Below are positions 1-11,897 of a stretch of DNA of 29,494 nucleotides, one piece after another. The notes under the pieces were generated by a model. It searched no databases. It was not told the DNA's origin and saw nothing but the letters and a program-made list of their open reading frames with translations. Made by a program: the position numbers and the translations under genes. The stretch lies in contig NIVC01001244.1 of assembly GCA_002269645.1 (NCBI GenBank), forward strand, positions 1 to 29,494, read 5' to 3'. Numbering within the stretch: position 1 is the stretch's first letter; each line of letters begins with the position of its first letter. This stretch comes from Macrostomum lignano (lineage: Eukaryota).

Positions 1-57
1 CCTTGCAACGATTGTTGTCCCTAGCAACAACAGGATTCTATTGTTTTATTTCGCCAG

Positions 58-3000
58 CTCCGGTGGCAGCGGCACAGCACCTCATGCGCAGGACCTTCCA
101 CCGGAGGCCAACCGGAGGCGGGCCCCAGACCCGCTACAATCCTCATCAGGGCGCCACCTTCCGGCCCAACCCGTCCTACCACAGCGAAGTTGTCGGTCGC
201 GCCTACGGCGACGACCAGGCCAGCGCAGCGGCTTCGGCGACTTTGGCGACGGTGGCGGCAGCGGCAGCGGCGGGGACGCCACCTGCCTCCGGTGGTTCGC
301 GGGCGTCAGCAGCAGCGGAAGCATCTGCGAGGTTCGTAGCAACGAGATTTCCCTATCTAACACACCGGGATATCCCTATCTAGCACACTAGGATATCCCT
401 ATCTAACACACTAGGATTTCCCTGTCTAACACATTAGGATATCCCTATCTAACACACTGGGATTTCCCTATCTAACACACTGGGATTTCCCTATCTAACA
501 CACTAGGATATCCCTATCTAACACACTGGGATTTCCCTATCTAACACACTGGGATTTCCCTATCTAACACACTGGGATTTCCCTATCTAACACACTGGGA
601 TTTCCCTATCTAACACACTGGGATTTCCCTATCTAGCACACTGGGATATCCCTATCTAACACACTAAGATATCCCTATCTAACACACTAAGGATATCCCT
701 ATCTAAACACACTGGGATTTCCCTATCTAACACACTGGGATTTCCCTATCTAGCAACTGGGATTTCCCTATCTAACACACTGGGATTTCCCTATCTAACA
801 CACTGGGATTTCCTATCTAACACACTGGGATTTCCCTATCTAGCACACTGGGATTTCCCTATCTAGCACACTGGGATTTCCCTATCTAGCACACTGGGAT
901 TTCCCTATGTAACACTCTGGGATTTCCCTATCTAGCAACCTGAGATTTCCCTATCTAACACAGAGATTTCTTTATCTAACACACTGGGATATCCCTATCT
1001 AACACACTGGGATTTCCCTATCTAACACACTGGGATTTCCCTATCTAACACATTGGGATATCCCTATCTAACACACTAGGATATCCCTATCTAACACACT
1101 GGGATTTCCCTATCTAACACACTGGGATATCCCTATCTAACACACTGAGATTTCCCTATCTAACACACTGAGATTTCCCTATCTAACACACTGAGATTTC
1201 CCTATCTAGCACACTGGGATTTCCCTATCTAACACACTGGGATTTCCCTATCTAACACACTGGGATTTCCCTATCTAGCACACTGGATTTCCCTATCTAA
1301 CACACTGGGATTTCCCTATCTAAACACCTTCGCAGGTACGTACTCGAGCTCGCCAATACAAGCGGCATCAGTCTTGATTCTGACAACGCAGATTCGGGCC
1401 TGCAGCGAGGCGGCAGGGAGTTCAACATTGTTGGCAGAGGTAGGCAGGGCACAGGCGTTTCTGTTTAATTCAATTTTCTTAAAACAGTTTTATCCTGAAA
1501 AAACACCCGATAATTTTTCACCGAATTCTCATGTGTACTAACCAATTAACAGGCGGAATCGATGAGGCTGCAGGTAAAATTCTTATCAAAGTCGAACTGT
1601 TTAAATATCAACTGAATATCAACTGATTTAAGCTTGTAATATTGCAATAAATTTGATTTGACCAAATTTCACCCCGGCCAACATGGCGCAACGTCTTCGG
1701 CGACGTCCTTATTTAAAAGTACAATTTTGCGATAGTACTTGAACTGTAAGCTGGATTGACCCAGTTTGCGTAAATTATCAAATATTCTTCTTCAATTGTC
1801 AAACACCACATCCCACAGTCCACATCCCACACCCCACATCCCACACTCCGCAGGTGTATTCGAGGTGCAACCAGCTGCCGTGAGTCCTTTACCTCGCGCT
1901 GAGGTCCTCACCAGCAGCGGCGGCTTTGGCAGCGGCAGCGGTGGAAACGTCAGCTCGGCACCTTCGGCAGTCGCGACTGACTCCTCAGCGCTCAGCGGCG
2001 GAGTTCAGGGCACCGCCTATCGGCCAAATTTGATTGGCAACGGAGGCCCCGATGATGAGGAGGATTCTGCGCCCAGCGATAGAGGAAGGCAGCAGCAGCA
2101 GCAGCAGCTGCAGCGGACCCTCAGCAACACCCTGCGGGAGAGCGTGGCCTTGCGGCAGCGGCAGCGGGCGGCGGCCGAGAGGAGCGCCAGCAAAGCTGAG
2201 ACAGAAGATGAGAGGCTCATTCGCGAGCTGCGAGAGGTGAGCTGCCTTCAGGATCTTCAGCAGTCCCTGAAAGCATCTTCAGGAATCGGCCTCTAAATGC
2301 CTTCAGGAATCGGCCTCTAATCTCCTTCAGGAATCGGCCTCTAATCTCCTTCAGGAATCAGCCTCTAATCTCCTTCAGGAATCGGCCTCTAATCTCCCTT
2401 CGGAATCGGCCTCTAATGTTCAGGAATCGGCCTCTAATCTCCTTCAGAAATCAGCCTCTAATCTCCTTCAGGAATCGGCCTCTAATCTCCTTCAGGAATC
2501 GGCCTCTAATCTCCTTCAGGAATCGGCCTCTAATCTCCTTCAGGAATCGGCCTCTAATCTCCTTCAGAAATCAGCCTCTAATCTCCTTCAGGAATCGGCC
2601 TCTAATCTCCTTCAGGAATCGGCCTCTAATCTCCTTCAGGAATCGGCCTCTAATCTCCTTCAGGAATCGGCCTCTAATCTCCTTCAGGAATCGGCCTCTA
2701 ATCTCCTTCAGGAATCAGCCTCTAATCTCCTTCAGGAATCGGCCTCTAATCTCCTTCAGAGATTGGCCTCTAATCTCTTCAGATAATCAGCCTCTAATCT
2801 CCTTCAGGAATCGGCCTCTAATCTCCTTCAGGAATCGGCCTCTAATCTCCTTCAGGAATCGGCCTCTAATCTCCTTCAGGAATCGGCCTCTAATCTCGTT
2901 CAGGAATCGGCCTCTAATCTCGTTCAGGAATCGGCCTCTAATCTCGTTCAGGAATCGGCCTCTAATCTCCCTTCGGAATCGGCCTCTAATCTCGTTCAGA

Positions 3001-6000
3001 AATCAGCGTCTAATCTCGTTCAGAAATCGGCCTCTAATCTCGTTCAGGAATCGGCCTCTAATCTCCTTCAGGAATCGGCCTCTAATCTCGTTCAGGAATC
3101 GGCCTCTAATCTCCTTCAGGAATCGGCCTCTAATCTCCTTCAGGAATCGGCCTCTAATCTCGTTCAGGAATCGGCCTCTAATCTCCTTCAGGAATCGGCC
3201 TCTAATCTCGTTCAGGAATCGGCCTCTAATCTCGTTCAGGAATCGGCCTCTAATCTCCTTCAGGAATCGGCCTCTAATCTCGTTCAGGAATCGGCCTCTA
3301 ATCTCCTTCAGGAATCGGCCTCTAATCTCGTTCAGGAATCGGCCTCTAATCTCCTTTAGGAATCGGCCTCTAATCTCGTTCAGGAATCGGCCTCTAATCT
3401 CCTTCAGGAATCGACCTCTAATCTCCTTCAGGAATCGGCCTCTAATCTCCCTTCCGAATCGGCCTCTAATCTCCTTCAGGAATCGGCCTCTAATCTCCTT
3501 CAGGAATCAGCCTCTAATCTCCTTCAGGAATCGGCCTCTAATCTCCTTCAGGAATCGGCCTCTAATCTCCTTCAGGAATCGGCCTCTAATCTCCTTCAGG
3601 AATCGGCCTCTAATCTCCTTCAGGAATCGGCCTCTAATCTCCTTCAGAGATTGGCCTCTAATCTCGTTCAGATAATCAGCCTCTAATCTCCTTCAGGAAT
3701 CGGCCTCTAATCTCCTTTAGGAATCGGCCTCTAATCTCGTTCAGGAATCGGCCTCTAATCTCCTTCAGGAATCGGCCTCTAATCTCCTTCAGAGATTGGC
3801 CTCTAATCTCGTTCAGATAATCAGCCTCTAATCTCCTTCAGGAATCGGCCTCTAATCTCCTTTAGGAATCGGCCTCTAATCTCGTTCAGGAATCGGCCTC
3901 TAATCTCCTTCAGGAATCGACCTCTAATCTCCTTCAGGAATCGGCCTCTAATCTCCCTTCCGAATCGGCCTCTAATCTCCTTCAGGAATCGGCCTCTAAA
4001 CTCCCTTAGGAATCGACCTCTAAACTCCCTTAGGAATCGACCTCTAATCTCCTTCAGGAATCGGCCTCTAATCTCCTTCGGAAATCAGCCCCTAATCTTT
4101 TTTTCAGGAATCAGCCTTATGATTGGTTTTTTCATAAAACTTAAACCAGCTACTTTTAGTAAGCTAGAGTGAATATTTTATTTCAAACAACAAAATCTCG
4201 CGCCTGTCCTCAGGGTTCAGCGAATGCTGACACAGCTCAGTTGTCGCACAGACAGCAACAGGAGCAGACTGTGTCAGACTCTGATAGCAATCTTGCTAAA
4301 GAGTTGCGTGAAGTAAGACACTCATTTATCGATATCAGCGAAATTATTTCTTGTATACGGAATTGCTTTTTTATAAATTAACAGTTGTTAGTGCTAACTT
4401 TTGGTCCGACTGATTGCTGTTGAGATGGGCGCAAAATACCCTCGTGCTCTGGGGTATTGAGTACCTGACACAACGTCTGACACTATCTCTGACATGAGTC
4501 ATAGCTGACATCATGCCTGACACATGAGTCGTAGCTGACATCATGCCTGACACATGAGTCGTAGCTGACACCATGCCTGACACATGAGTCGTAGCTGACA
4601 TCATGCCTGACACATGAGACGTAGCTGACATCATGCCTGACACATGAGTCGTAGCTGACATCATGCCTGACACACGAGACGTAGCTGACATCATGCCTGA
4701 CACATGAGTCGTAGCTGACATCATGCCTGACACATGAGTCGTAGCTGACATCATGCCTGACACATGAGTCGTAGCTGACACCATGTCTGACACATGAGTC
4801 GTAGCTGACATCATGCCTGACACACGAGTCATAGCTGACACCCACCATGCCTGACACACGAGTCATAGCTGACACCCACCATGCCTGACACACGAGTCAT
4901 AGCTGACAAATAGTCAGACTAAAGAATCAAACCTGACAAAATCTCTGACTCACTAAGTCAAAATAGGCATAATTGTCTGACTCATTCGCTATTGAAAATA
5001 TCAACATTTACTAACAACTCCCGCTTGTTGACTTTAATTAATGTGTCAGGTTGACTCTAACAAAAAGTTAATGCATTTTTTGTAACAAAAAAGCTGTGTT
5101 TACTGATGGTGTTACTGATGGCGAAGTTTTTATTAAACCTCAACAAGCTTCAAACTTATCGATGAATTGAATTCGATTGTACAACTTCACTGCAGCAGCC
5201 AAGTCCCAGTCAAAGCAGAGGTCACTCGGTGCAGAGCAGGCTGGACTATGCTCAAATGCTCTTCCAGGTGAAACAAAACCGCCTTAGCTAGATAGGGAAA
5301 TCCAACAATAACTTGGTGACACCTTTAGAAAAAACAATAAAAATCTTGCAGTAGCATAGGCACGAGTGAATCTAATTTAAATAGAATATTTAACAATCTA
5401 GTAGCTAGTCTATCTGTAAAACTATTCTTCTTCAGTTTTAAAACTCTTTCAGTGGAAAATATAAAAAAATTAGAACATTTTAACCCACTGGTTGGCTAAT
5501 CAGAATTATTTATCTAACTTCCGTAATTTACCTGAAAATAAAAATACAACTTTTTGAAAAACTCATTCAGTAAGTGTTTAGTAGTGCAATTAGCGTTTTT
5601 CGTTATTTTTCTTGTTTCTAGTGTGTCATTAATCTTCCAGCCAATCAACTTGCACCGCAGGAACAGCTGGCCATCTCCAAGCGGCACACGGACAGCATCG
5701 GGGTGGACAGCGACTCCGAGAGCACCCGGGCTCCGTGCGCAACTACGCTTTGGCCAGCCTTAACAGAAAAGTGTCCGACCGTGAGTGCGCGTGACACAAG
5801 TTTTGAGCTGCTGGCTTCTCATCTTTATTGTGAAATTCTTAATTCTATACTGTTTTTCTTTATTATCTTCTCACCGTCTCTCCTATCTCATCCTCTCTCC
5901 ATCAATCTCACCCTCTCCCCTCCCAAATCTCACCCTCCCCCCAAATCTTACCCTCTCACCCCCAAATCTCACCCTCTCTCCCCAAATCTCACCCTCTTTC

Positions 6001-9000
6001 CTCCCAAATCTCACCCTCTTTCCTCCCAAATCTCACCCTCTTTCCTCCCAAATCTCACCCTCTTTACTCCCAAATCTCACCCTCCCCCTTCCAAATCTTA
6101 CCCTCTCTCCCCCAAATCTCACCCTCTCCCTCCAAAATCTCACTCTCTACCCTCCCAAATCTCACCCTCCCCCCAAATCTTACCCTCTCACCCCCAAATC
6201 TCACCCTCTCTCCCCAAATCTCACCCTCTTTCCTCCCAAATCTCACCCTCCCCTCCAAGTCTCACCCTCTCTCCCCCAAATCTCATCCTCTCTCTCTCAA
6301 ATCTCACCCTCTCACCCCCAAATCTCACCCTCTCTCCCCAAATCTCACCCTCTTTCCTCCCAAATCTCACCCTCCCCTCCAAGTCTCACCCTCTCTCCCC
6401 CAAATCTCATCCTCTCTCTCTCAAATCTCACCCTCTCTCCCCCAAATCTCATCCTCTCTCTCTCAAATCTCACCCTCTCTCCCCCAAATCTCACCCTTTC
6501 CCTTAATCTCCCCTCTCCCCCAATCTCAACCACCTCACCCTAGACAAACCAATCACCACATTCACAGAGAGCTTCAGCGCCGCTCCGGACGCTGCCGCAG
6601 CTGCAGCCTCTCCGGCAGCCTCGAAGCCACCAGCCCCCAGGCGGAACCTCAGCCGACCGCTGCGACCTTCGCCGAGCCAGACGGGGCCGCCTTCGTCCAG
6701 CGAATCGCTTCAGTCGTCGGCTCCGGCAGCTTCAGGCCCACTGGCCAATCCAGACCGATCGCTTCAGGAGGCGCTGACGCGAGTGCAGGCCAGCGACTGG
6801 CAGGCCAAGTGCGAGGGCCTTCAGCTGGTTCAACGACTGGCCGCAAACCATCCAGAAGTGGCCGCCAGAGAGATGCACCCGCTGATCCTGGCCGTCATTG
6901 GCGAAGTGAAAAATCTTCGCTCCCAGGTGTCCCGACTGGCAATGTCGACTCTCGGCTGCCTGCTGCAGCACCTGGGCAAACGGATGGACGCTGAGCTTGA
7001 GCAGTGCGCAAAAATTCTACTGCAGAAAGGCAGCGAGACTAACAAGTGAGTTTCCTGAGCTGAGGCAATTCTGCTCATTCCGTTTGGCTCCTGACTGAGT
7101 TGAGGTCCTGACCCTCCTTGGGGGCCATATATTAAACAGACACTTTGACAATAGGAACAGTCTATGGGTCTGCAGCCAAGGGCTCAATAGGTTTCTGACT
7201 CGGAAATGGCTGCTCTATATTGTAACTATTGCAATCTGATGCGCTTCTCAACAACTGTCTGCAGATTTATCCAAGAAGACGCTGAGTCGGCACTGATGAG
7301 CATGGTTGAGCACTGCAACCAGGGACGAGCCCTCGGAGCGATCATACAGGTGAAGCAATGATCCTAGGGGATTTTTTCTGGCAGAGATTTGAGAATGGTT
7401 CAGAGTTGAGAAGAGTCTGGGCGAGATTTAGTGAGACTGGACGCGATTTTCTGAGACTGTGTGAGATTTAGTGAGACTGGATGAGATTTTCTGAGACTGT
7501 GTGAGATTTAGTGAGACTGGGTGAGATTTAGTGAGACTGGGTGAGATTTAGTGAGACTGGGTGAGATTTAGTGAGACTGGATGCGATTTGGTGAGACTGG
7601 ATTCGATTTTGTGAGACTAGATGAGATTTGGTGAGACTGGACGCGATTTTCTGAGACTGTGTGAGATTTAGTGAGATTGGTTGAGATTTTGTGAGACTGG
7701 ATGCGATGTTGTGAGACTGGTGAGATTTGGTGAGACGGGATGAGATTTTCTGGGACAGCGTGGGATTTGGTGAGACTGGATGAGATTTGTTAAGACTGGA
7801 TCTCTGATATCGATATTGGTACAAAATGGAACAGATATTAAGACAGTTGCAGATTGAGATTGGAAACAGGTCAAGATCTAGTTTGAGACTAGCATAAGAT
7901 AGATTCAGAAGAGACAGACTTAGATTGGGGAATGAGACTCTGTGAGACCGCTTGCCAATACTTGAAATCCGAGCGAGACTCCCCTGTCCCTCCCGGCGCT
8001 CAGGGCGGCGCCAGCCACAAGAGCTCCCAGGTGCGCAGCCTGTGCGCGCAGATTCTCTCCGAGCTGTGCGATCGCATGGGCCCCGGCCGGGTGCTCTCCG
8101 GCGTCAAGGACGTCACCGACAAGCTGCTAGCCACGGCGGCAAATTTCTGTCTAGACGGCAGTCAGGAGACTCGCTACTGGGCCGGACAATTCTGTACCCG
8201 CTGCTCGGCCACCAGGACTTTGACGCGCTGATCAGCAAGCACGTATCACCTGCTGTGATGCGCAACCTCAAGGATGTGCTGGAGAATCTCCGGCTGAAAG
8301 GCGTCGGCGACCAGCCGCCGTCGACGTTTAGCGCCGGCACAAAAAGTCGGCGCGGCAACTCGGCCGGCTCGGCGGACTCGGCCAGTCTGGCCGGATCGTA
8401 CGCTTCGACCTCGGCGACGGGACAGTCGGCGCCGTTGGGCCGCCAGAGAGGCGCCGCTGGCAGCAACAGTCGGCTGAGCGACGCGGCCGCCGACTTGGTG
8501 AAGACGGCCTGCCAAAGGCTGAACGCTCCGGACTGGAAGGAGCGGCTGTCCGGGATCGACCAGCTGGCTGAGCTGAGCCAGGAGCGCACGGATCTGGTTG
8601 GCCAGTGCATTGTGAAGGTATGGCGTCTTCGCGTGTTCGTGTCTTTATGTCTCAATGCCGTTGTTGCCTTTACGCTCGTAATTTATTGGTGTCCCATTGT
8701 GTCTTCTCTTCATGTCTTGGTGTCTTCATGCCTTGCTATCCTATTGTGTCTTCATGTCTTGGTGTCCTATTGTGTCTTCATGTCTTGGTGTCCTATTGTG
8801 TCTTCTCTTCATGTATTGTTATCCAATTGTGTCTTCTCTTCATGTCTTGGTGTCTTCATGCTTTGCTATCCTATTGTGTCGTGTCTTGGTGCCATATTGT
8901 GTCTTTATGTATTGGTGTACTATTCTGTCTTCTTTTCTTCATGCCCAAGTGCTTAATACTCGTACCTCAAACAATTCGGACAACTCATTTGTAGTACGAG

Positions 9001-10144
9001 CGTATATTTGATTAGTCATTCGAAAATTCAAACAGGTGATGTTTTGTCTTAGCGGTTAGGACCAGTTGATCTTCAAAAGTTCTGAAGAGGTTGACTTAAA
9101 TTTTAAGACAATCCGGTTTTGAAGTCGTGGCTTAAACTTTCAAACTTTTTTCATACCTGAGACCACTCAGCACCGCTCAGCCACTCCATCCCCCCGTCCC
9201 TCTCGCGCAGTTCATGGACGCATTCGCGCCTCGTCTGGGTGATTCCAATTCAAAGGTGCAACAGCACGCATTGGAAACCGCCCTGCAGCTGGTGCACCCG
9301 TTGCGCAACTACCTGCCCACGGTGGCCAACACACTCGTGCAGCACGCTGCTCCCGTGCTGTCATCGAAATCCGCCGAGTTGGCCAGCTTAGCCGGACAGC
9401 TGCTGGACATCTTCATCCTGGAGGTGGACTCGGAGAAACTGGCTCAACCGTTTGTACAGGTGACTGGTGAAGTGCACATCTCTCTCATTACAGGGTCTAC
9501 ATAAGTGAACTTTTTAGTTAAATGAGGCGCTTCAGACACTTCCCAATTCGGTAATTCAGACACTTCCCAATTCGGTAATTCAGACACTTCCCAATTCGGT
9601 AATTCAGACACTTCCCAATTCGGTAATTTAGACACTTCCCAATTCGGTAATTCAGACACTTCCCAATTTTGGTGTCCCCTGTTTTAACACCCTGTTTTCA
9701 ACTTTAATTACTTTTAATTACTTGTATAACCAAATTTTGCACCACATACACTACTCAATCGACTCTGAACACCCAGCTGTTAGGTTTAAATCCTACATGC
9801 ATATAGAATCTGACAATTATTTGGTCCCGCAGGCCGTTGCCACCGGAAATCCGCGCTCAAAACCGGAACTGGTGGACAAACTGGCGGCGCTAGCGGAGCG
9901 TTTGGCGCCAAGAAAGCCGCGCCTATCTCAGCTGCATTTGGAGCCGGAGCTGTTCCGCCTATTGGGCGGCCTAGCCTCGGCGCCAGGCGCCGGCTCTGTG
10001 GCGCTAAAATCTAGCGCCTACAGATTGGCGCAAACTTTGGCAAGCTACTCCGGCCCTGCTGAGCTGCTGGATCGAGCACGATCGAATGCTCAATGCACAC
10101 CGCAGGCAGTTTCCATGCTGGAAGATGCACTGAGGCAGTACTAA
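58..10144 (+). CDS. TOGARAM1: TOG array regulator of axonemal microtubules (crescerin/FAM179/CHE-12-like), 5'-partial. Exons 58-331, 1336-1439, 1854-2236, 4214-4312, 5196-5267, 5661-5780, 6568-7045, 7265-7349, 8004-8617, 9211-9459, 9833-10144
   Basis: All exons have AG/GT boundaries, and phases chain consistently except at two 1-nt breaks (~5727 and ~8180). A low-complexity linker is followed by two HEAT-repeat TOG domains with family-like motifs: DWQAKCEGL..KNLRSQVSRLA..KGSETNKFIQEDA..HKSSQVR..DGSQETRYW(G)R and DWKERLSGI..FMDAFAPRLGDSNSKV..QPF. Assignment is from recalled similarity to the C-terminal TOG3/TOG4 of TOGARAM1. Confidence 0.88.
345..1327. repeat. Intronic minisatellite, 23-bp unit GGGATTTCCCTATCTAACACACT, ~42 copies
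   Basis: Period read directly (GGGATTTCCC at 551 and 574). Fills intron 332-1335. Confidence 0.97.
2270..4110. repeat. Intronic minisatellite, 24-bp unit TCCTTCAGGAATCGGCCTCTAATC, ~75 copies
   Basis: Produces the spurious (SFRNRPLI)n ORF at 2416-3675. Lies within intron 2237-4213. Confidence 0.97.
4485..4907. repeat. Intronic minisatellite, 30-bp unit GTAGCTGACATCATGCCTGACACATGAGTC, ~14 copies
   Basis: Two identical units per 60-nt line, e.g. 4501-4560. Confidence 0.96.
5895..6535. repeat. Intronic C-rich degenerate minisatellite, ~19-22-bp unit with core CCCAAATCTCACCCTCT
   Basis: The core recurs about every 20 bp. Lies within intron 5781-6567. Confidence 0.93.
6568..7045 (+). CDS. TOGARAM1: TOGARAM1-like exon 7, start of the penultimate TOG domain
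   Basis: Acceptor ttcacag at 6561-6567, donor GTGAGT at 7046. Encodes ..SLQEALTRVQASDWQAKCEGLQLVQRLAANHPEV..VKNLRSQVSRLAMSTLG..KGSETN. Confidence 0.88.
7385..7800. repeat. Intronic minisatellite, 20-bp unit GTGAGATTTAGTGAGACTGG
   Basis: Three units per line at 7501-7560. Lies within intron 7350-8003. Confidence 0.94.
8004..8617 (+). CDS. TOGARAM1: TOGARAM1-like exon 9 (end of one TOG, start of the last TOG), with a -1 frame break at 8179-8181
   Basis: The exon is 614 nt between two phase-0 introns (615 needed). ORF 7932 frame gives ..ETRYW and ORF 7952 frame continues GRTILYPLLGHQDFDALISKHV.. Confidence 0.87.
8690..8945. repeat. Degenerate intronic tandem repeat (TGTCTTCATGTCTTGGTGTCCTATTG-like)
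   Basis: TCTTCATGTCTTGGTGTC and CCTATTGTGTC segments recur within intron 8618-9210. Confidence 0.8.
9211..9459 (+). CDS. TOGARAM1: TOGARAM1-like exon 10 (last TOG domain)
   Basis: Boundaries cgcag|TTC and CAG|gtgact; 249 nt, phase 0-0; encodes FMDAFAPRLGDSNSKVQQHALE.. Confidence 0.88.
9531..9668. repeat. Intronic minisatellite, 24-bp unit TTCAGACACTTCCCAATTCGGTAA, ~5.7 copies
   Basis: Units start at 9531, 9555, 9579 and onward. Confidence 0.95.
9833..10144 (+). CDS. TOGARAM1: TOGARAM1-like terminal coding exon
   Basis: Acceptor cccgcag at 9826-9832; encodes AVATGNPRSKPELVDKLA..LEDALRQY, ending in TAA. Confidence 0.85.
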   Translation, partial: AVATGNPRSKPELVDKLAALAERLAPRKPRLSQLHLEPELFRLLGGLASAPGAGSVALKSSAYRLAQTLASYSGPAELLDRARSNAQCTPQAVSMLEDALRQY

Positions 10145-11897
10145 ATTGTAATCGCCAGATTTTATATTTTAACGTTATTAAGTAGTACAGTGTGTACAAA
10201 AATCTATCCGGGTGTGCTTGGGTTGTTTTTGGGCTTGACTTTGATTTTTAATTACTTGTAAAATTGTTTATCGAAACATTTCATTAACTTTATAAATGAG
10301 CCTCCAGTCTGGGCTTACTAAAGTGTTTACAATCGCCAGATTTTTTTATTTTTAATTCGCGTATTGTACTTTAGCTGCCTGCGCGCCGTCCGCCCCAATC
10401 CAACATTCGTTCTAGCTAGCGCTCTCCCCCTTTCCTTTTTAGAATGTAAATTCAGTTGACTCGTAAATGTACACACAGAATAGCCCCCGCCACCCCATTC
10501 ACTCGTTCAATCGGTTCAAGCCCTTTCGCTCGATTACTGTTCCGCCTCTTCTCTTACGAGCTATCTTGTCATCTAAATAGCTTAAACTCATAAACTGTTG
10601 TTCTTGTGACCGCCTTAGTACGAGATTAGCTAATATACATTATTTACGTATACTTTATTTTATTAGACTATCATTTTGGTGAAATACGAGTATGTAATGA
10701 ATACGCTCAATTTTCCTGATTTGTGTCTTATGCTTATCGCTTGTTTTAAGTGACTAATGATTTTTATACTTGAAAGTGAGAATTATTTCATACCATGATA
10801 GTAGTAAATTGATTCAGCCAACAAGCAAACACACTACAACGACACTACTACATAAAACATTGAATTAATACGAGGGGTTAGATTAATTTAATCTTTTAAA
10901 AACGAAAATAAATATTTTAAATAGACTTTTGTTTTAAATGTTTCTCACTAAACGTATCAAATGCTTTCGTGGCTGCTTATAAATTTGTACTTCGCTACGA
11001 CAGAAACTTGATGCTTACGTTGCATGCTTTGTTGCGTTTTCCTGCGTCTCACTGTGATCTCATTTTGCCTTCGAACTGTGATTTAAAAAAAAGCTAAATT
11101 CAGCGACAAGCTTTCATTCTGTACAGCAGATCGGTCTGATGCGGTTTCGCGGACTTTGCTGTTTTATTTTCATTCTGTTGAAAGTGCAGTCTGTATACGT
11201 AGCAGTATATAATTGCAACATTTGTTATGTGTAACCACGCAAATCCGAACAAAACTTTCCCGTTTGCTGGTTCAAAGCTGTATAAAGAGGCCGTCCAAAA
11301 AATACTAGACTAACGCTTTCGCCCAGTTTATTTTTATTGAAGAATAATGTGCTTCAACTGCTAATTATAACCTTTACTAATGTGCTCTCTCCTGCCTGTG
11401 CATTCCGATATTCTGGTGTATAATCGTAAAACCAGTATATGTAAAAAAATCTCCGTCCAATTCCTTTATAGTTGTTTTGTTATACTTCTATTTTTCTGGC
11501 TCAGCAAATTGAACAGAGTGGATCGAAGCTGTCCTCTGTTTTTGTAAGTGTATAAAAACCGAAACCTCAAATTGATTTACTATTCAAACGGAAATTCTAT
11601 CGCAAATCTTTCTTGTTTGTTTTAAAACACACACCGGAATATACTAGAGACGGCACAATTTTGAATTTACGATAGCTAATTTCTTTGCTTAAAATATACT
11701 ATTTTTAACATTGTATCACTGAGAGCTTGAGTCTTTACTAAAGTTTAATTTAAATGCCAAGTAGTTACTGGACTTTTGTATATTACCATGTTCTGTAAAA
11801 AGTTTTAAAGGTACATTTCTATTTTTTTAGATCGCTAGGTTTAAACAAGAGAAAAATATCACACGGAATTATAGATAGACAGGTTTTTCAACCCTGA

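Noticed and set aside
2416-3675. 419-aa ORF (SFRNRPLI)n
   Set aside because: It is a stop-free frame of a 24-bp intronic minisatellite lying between valid splice sites of the TOGARAM gene.
345-4907. CRISPR-like appearance of the 23-30-bp repeats
   Set aside because: Units are head-to-tail with no unique spacers, there are no cas genes, and the context is eukaryotic introns.
4371-6543. Repetitive ORFs (MMSATTHVSG)n, (VSYDSCVRHD)n and PKSHPLS-rich ORFs
   Set aside because: They are translations of intronic tandem repeats.
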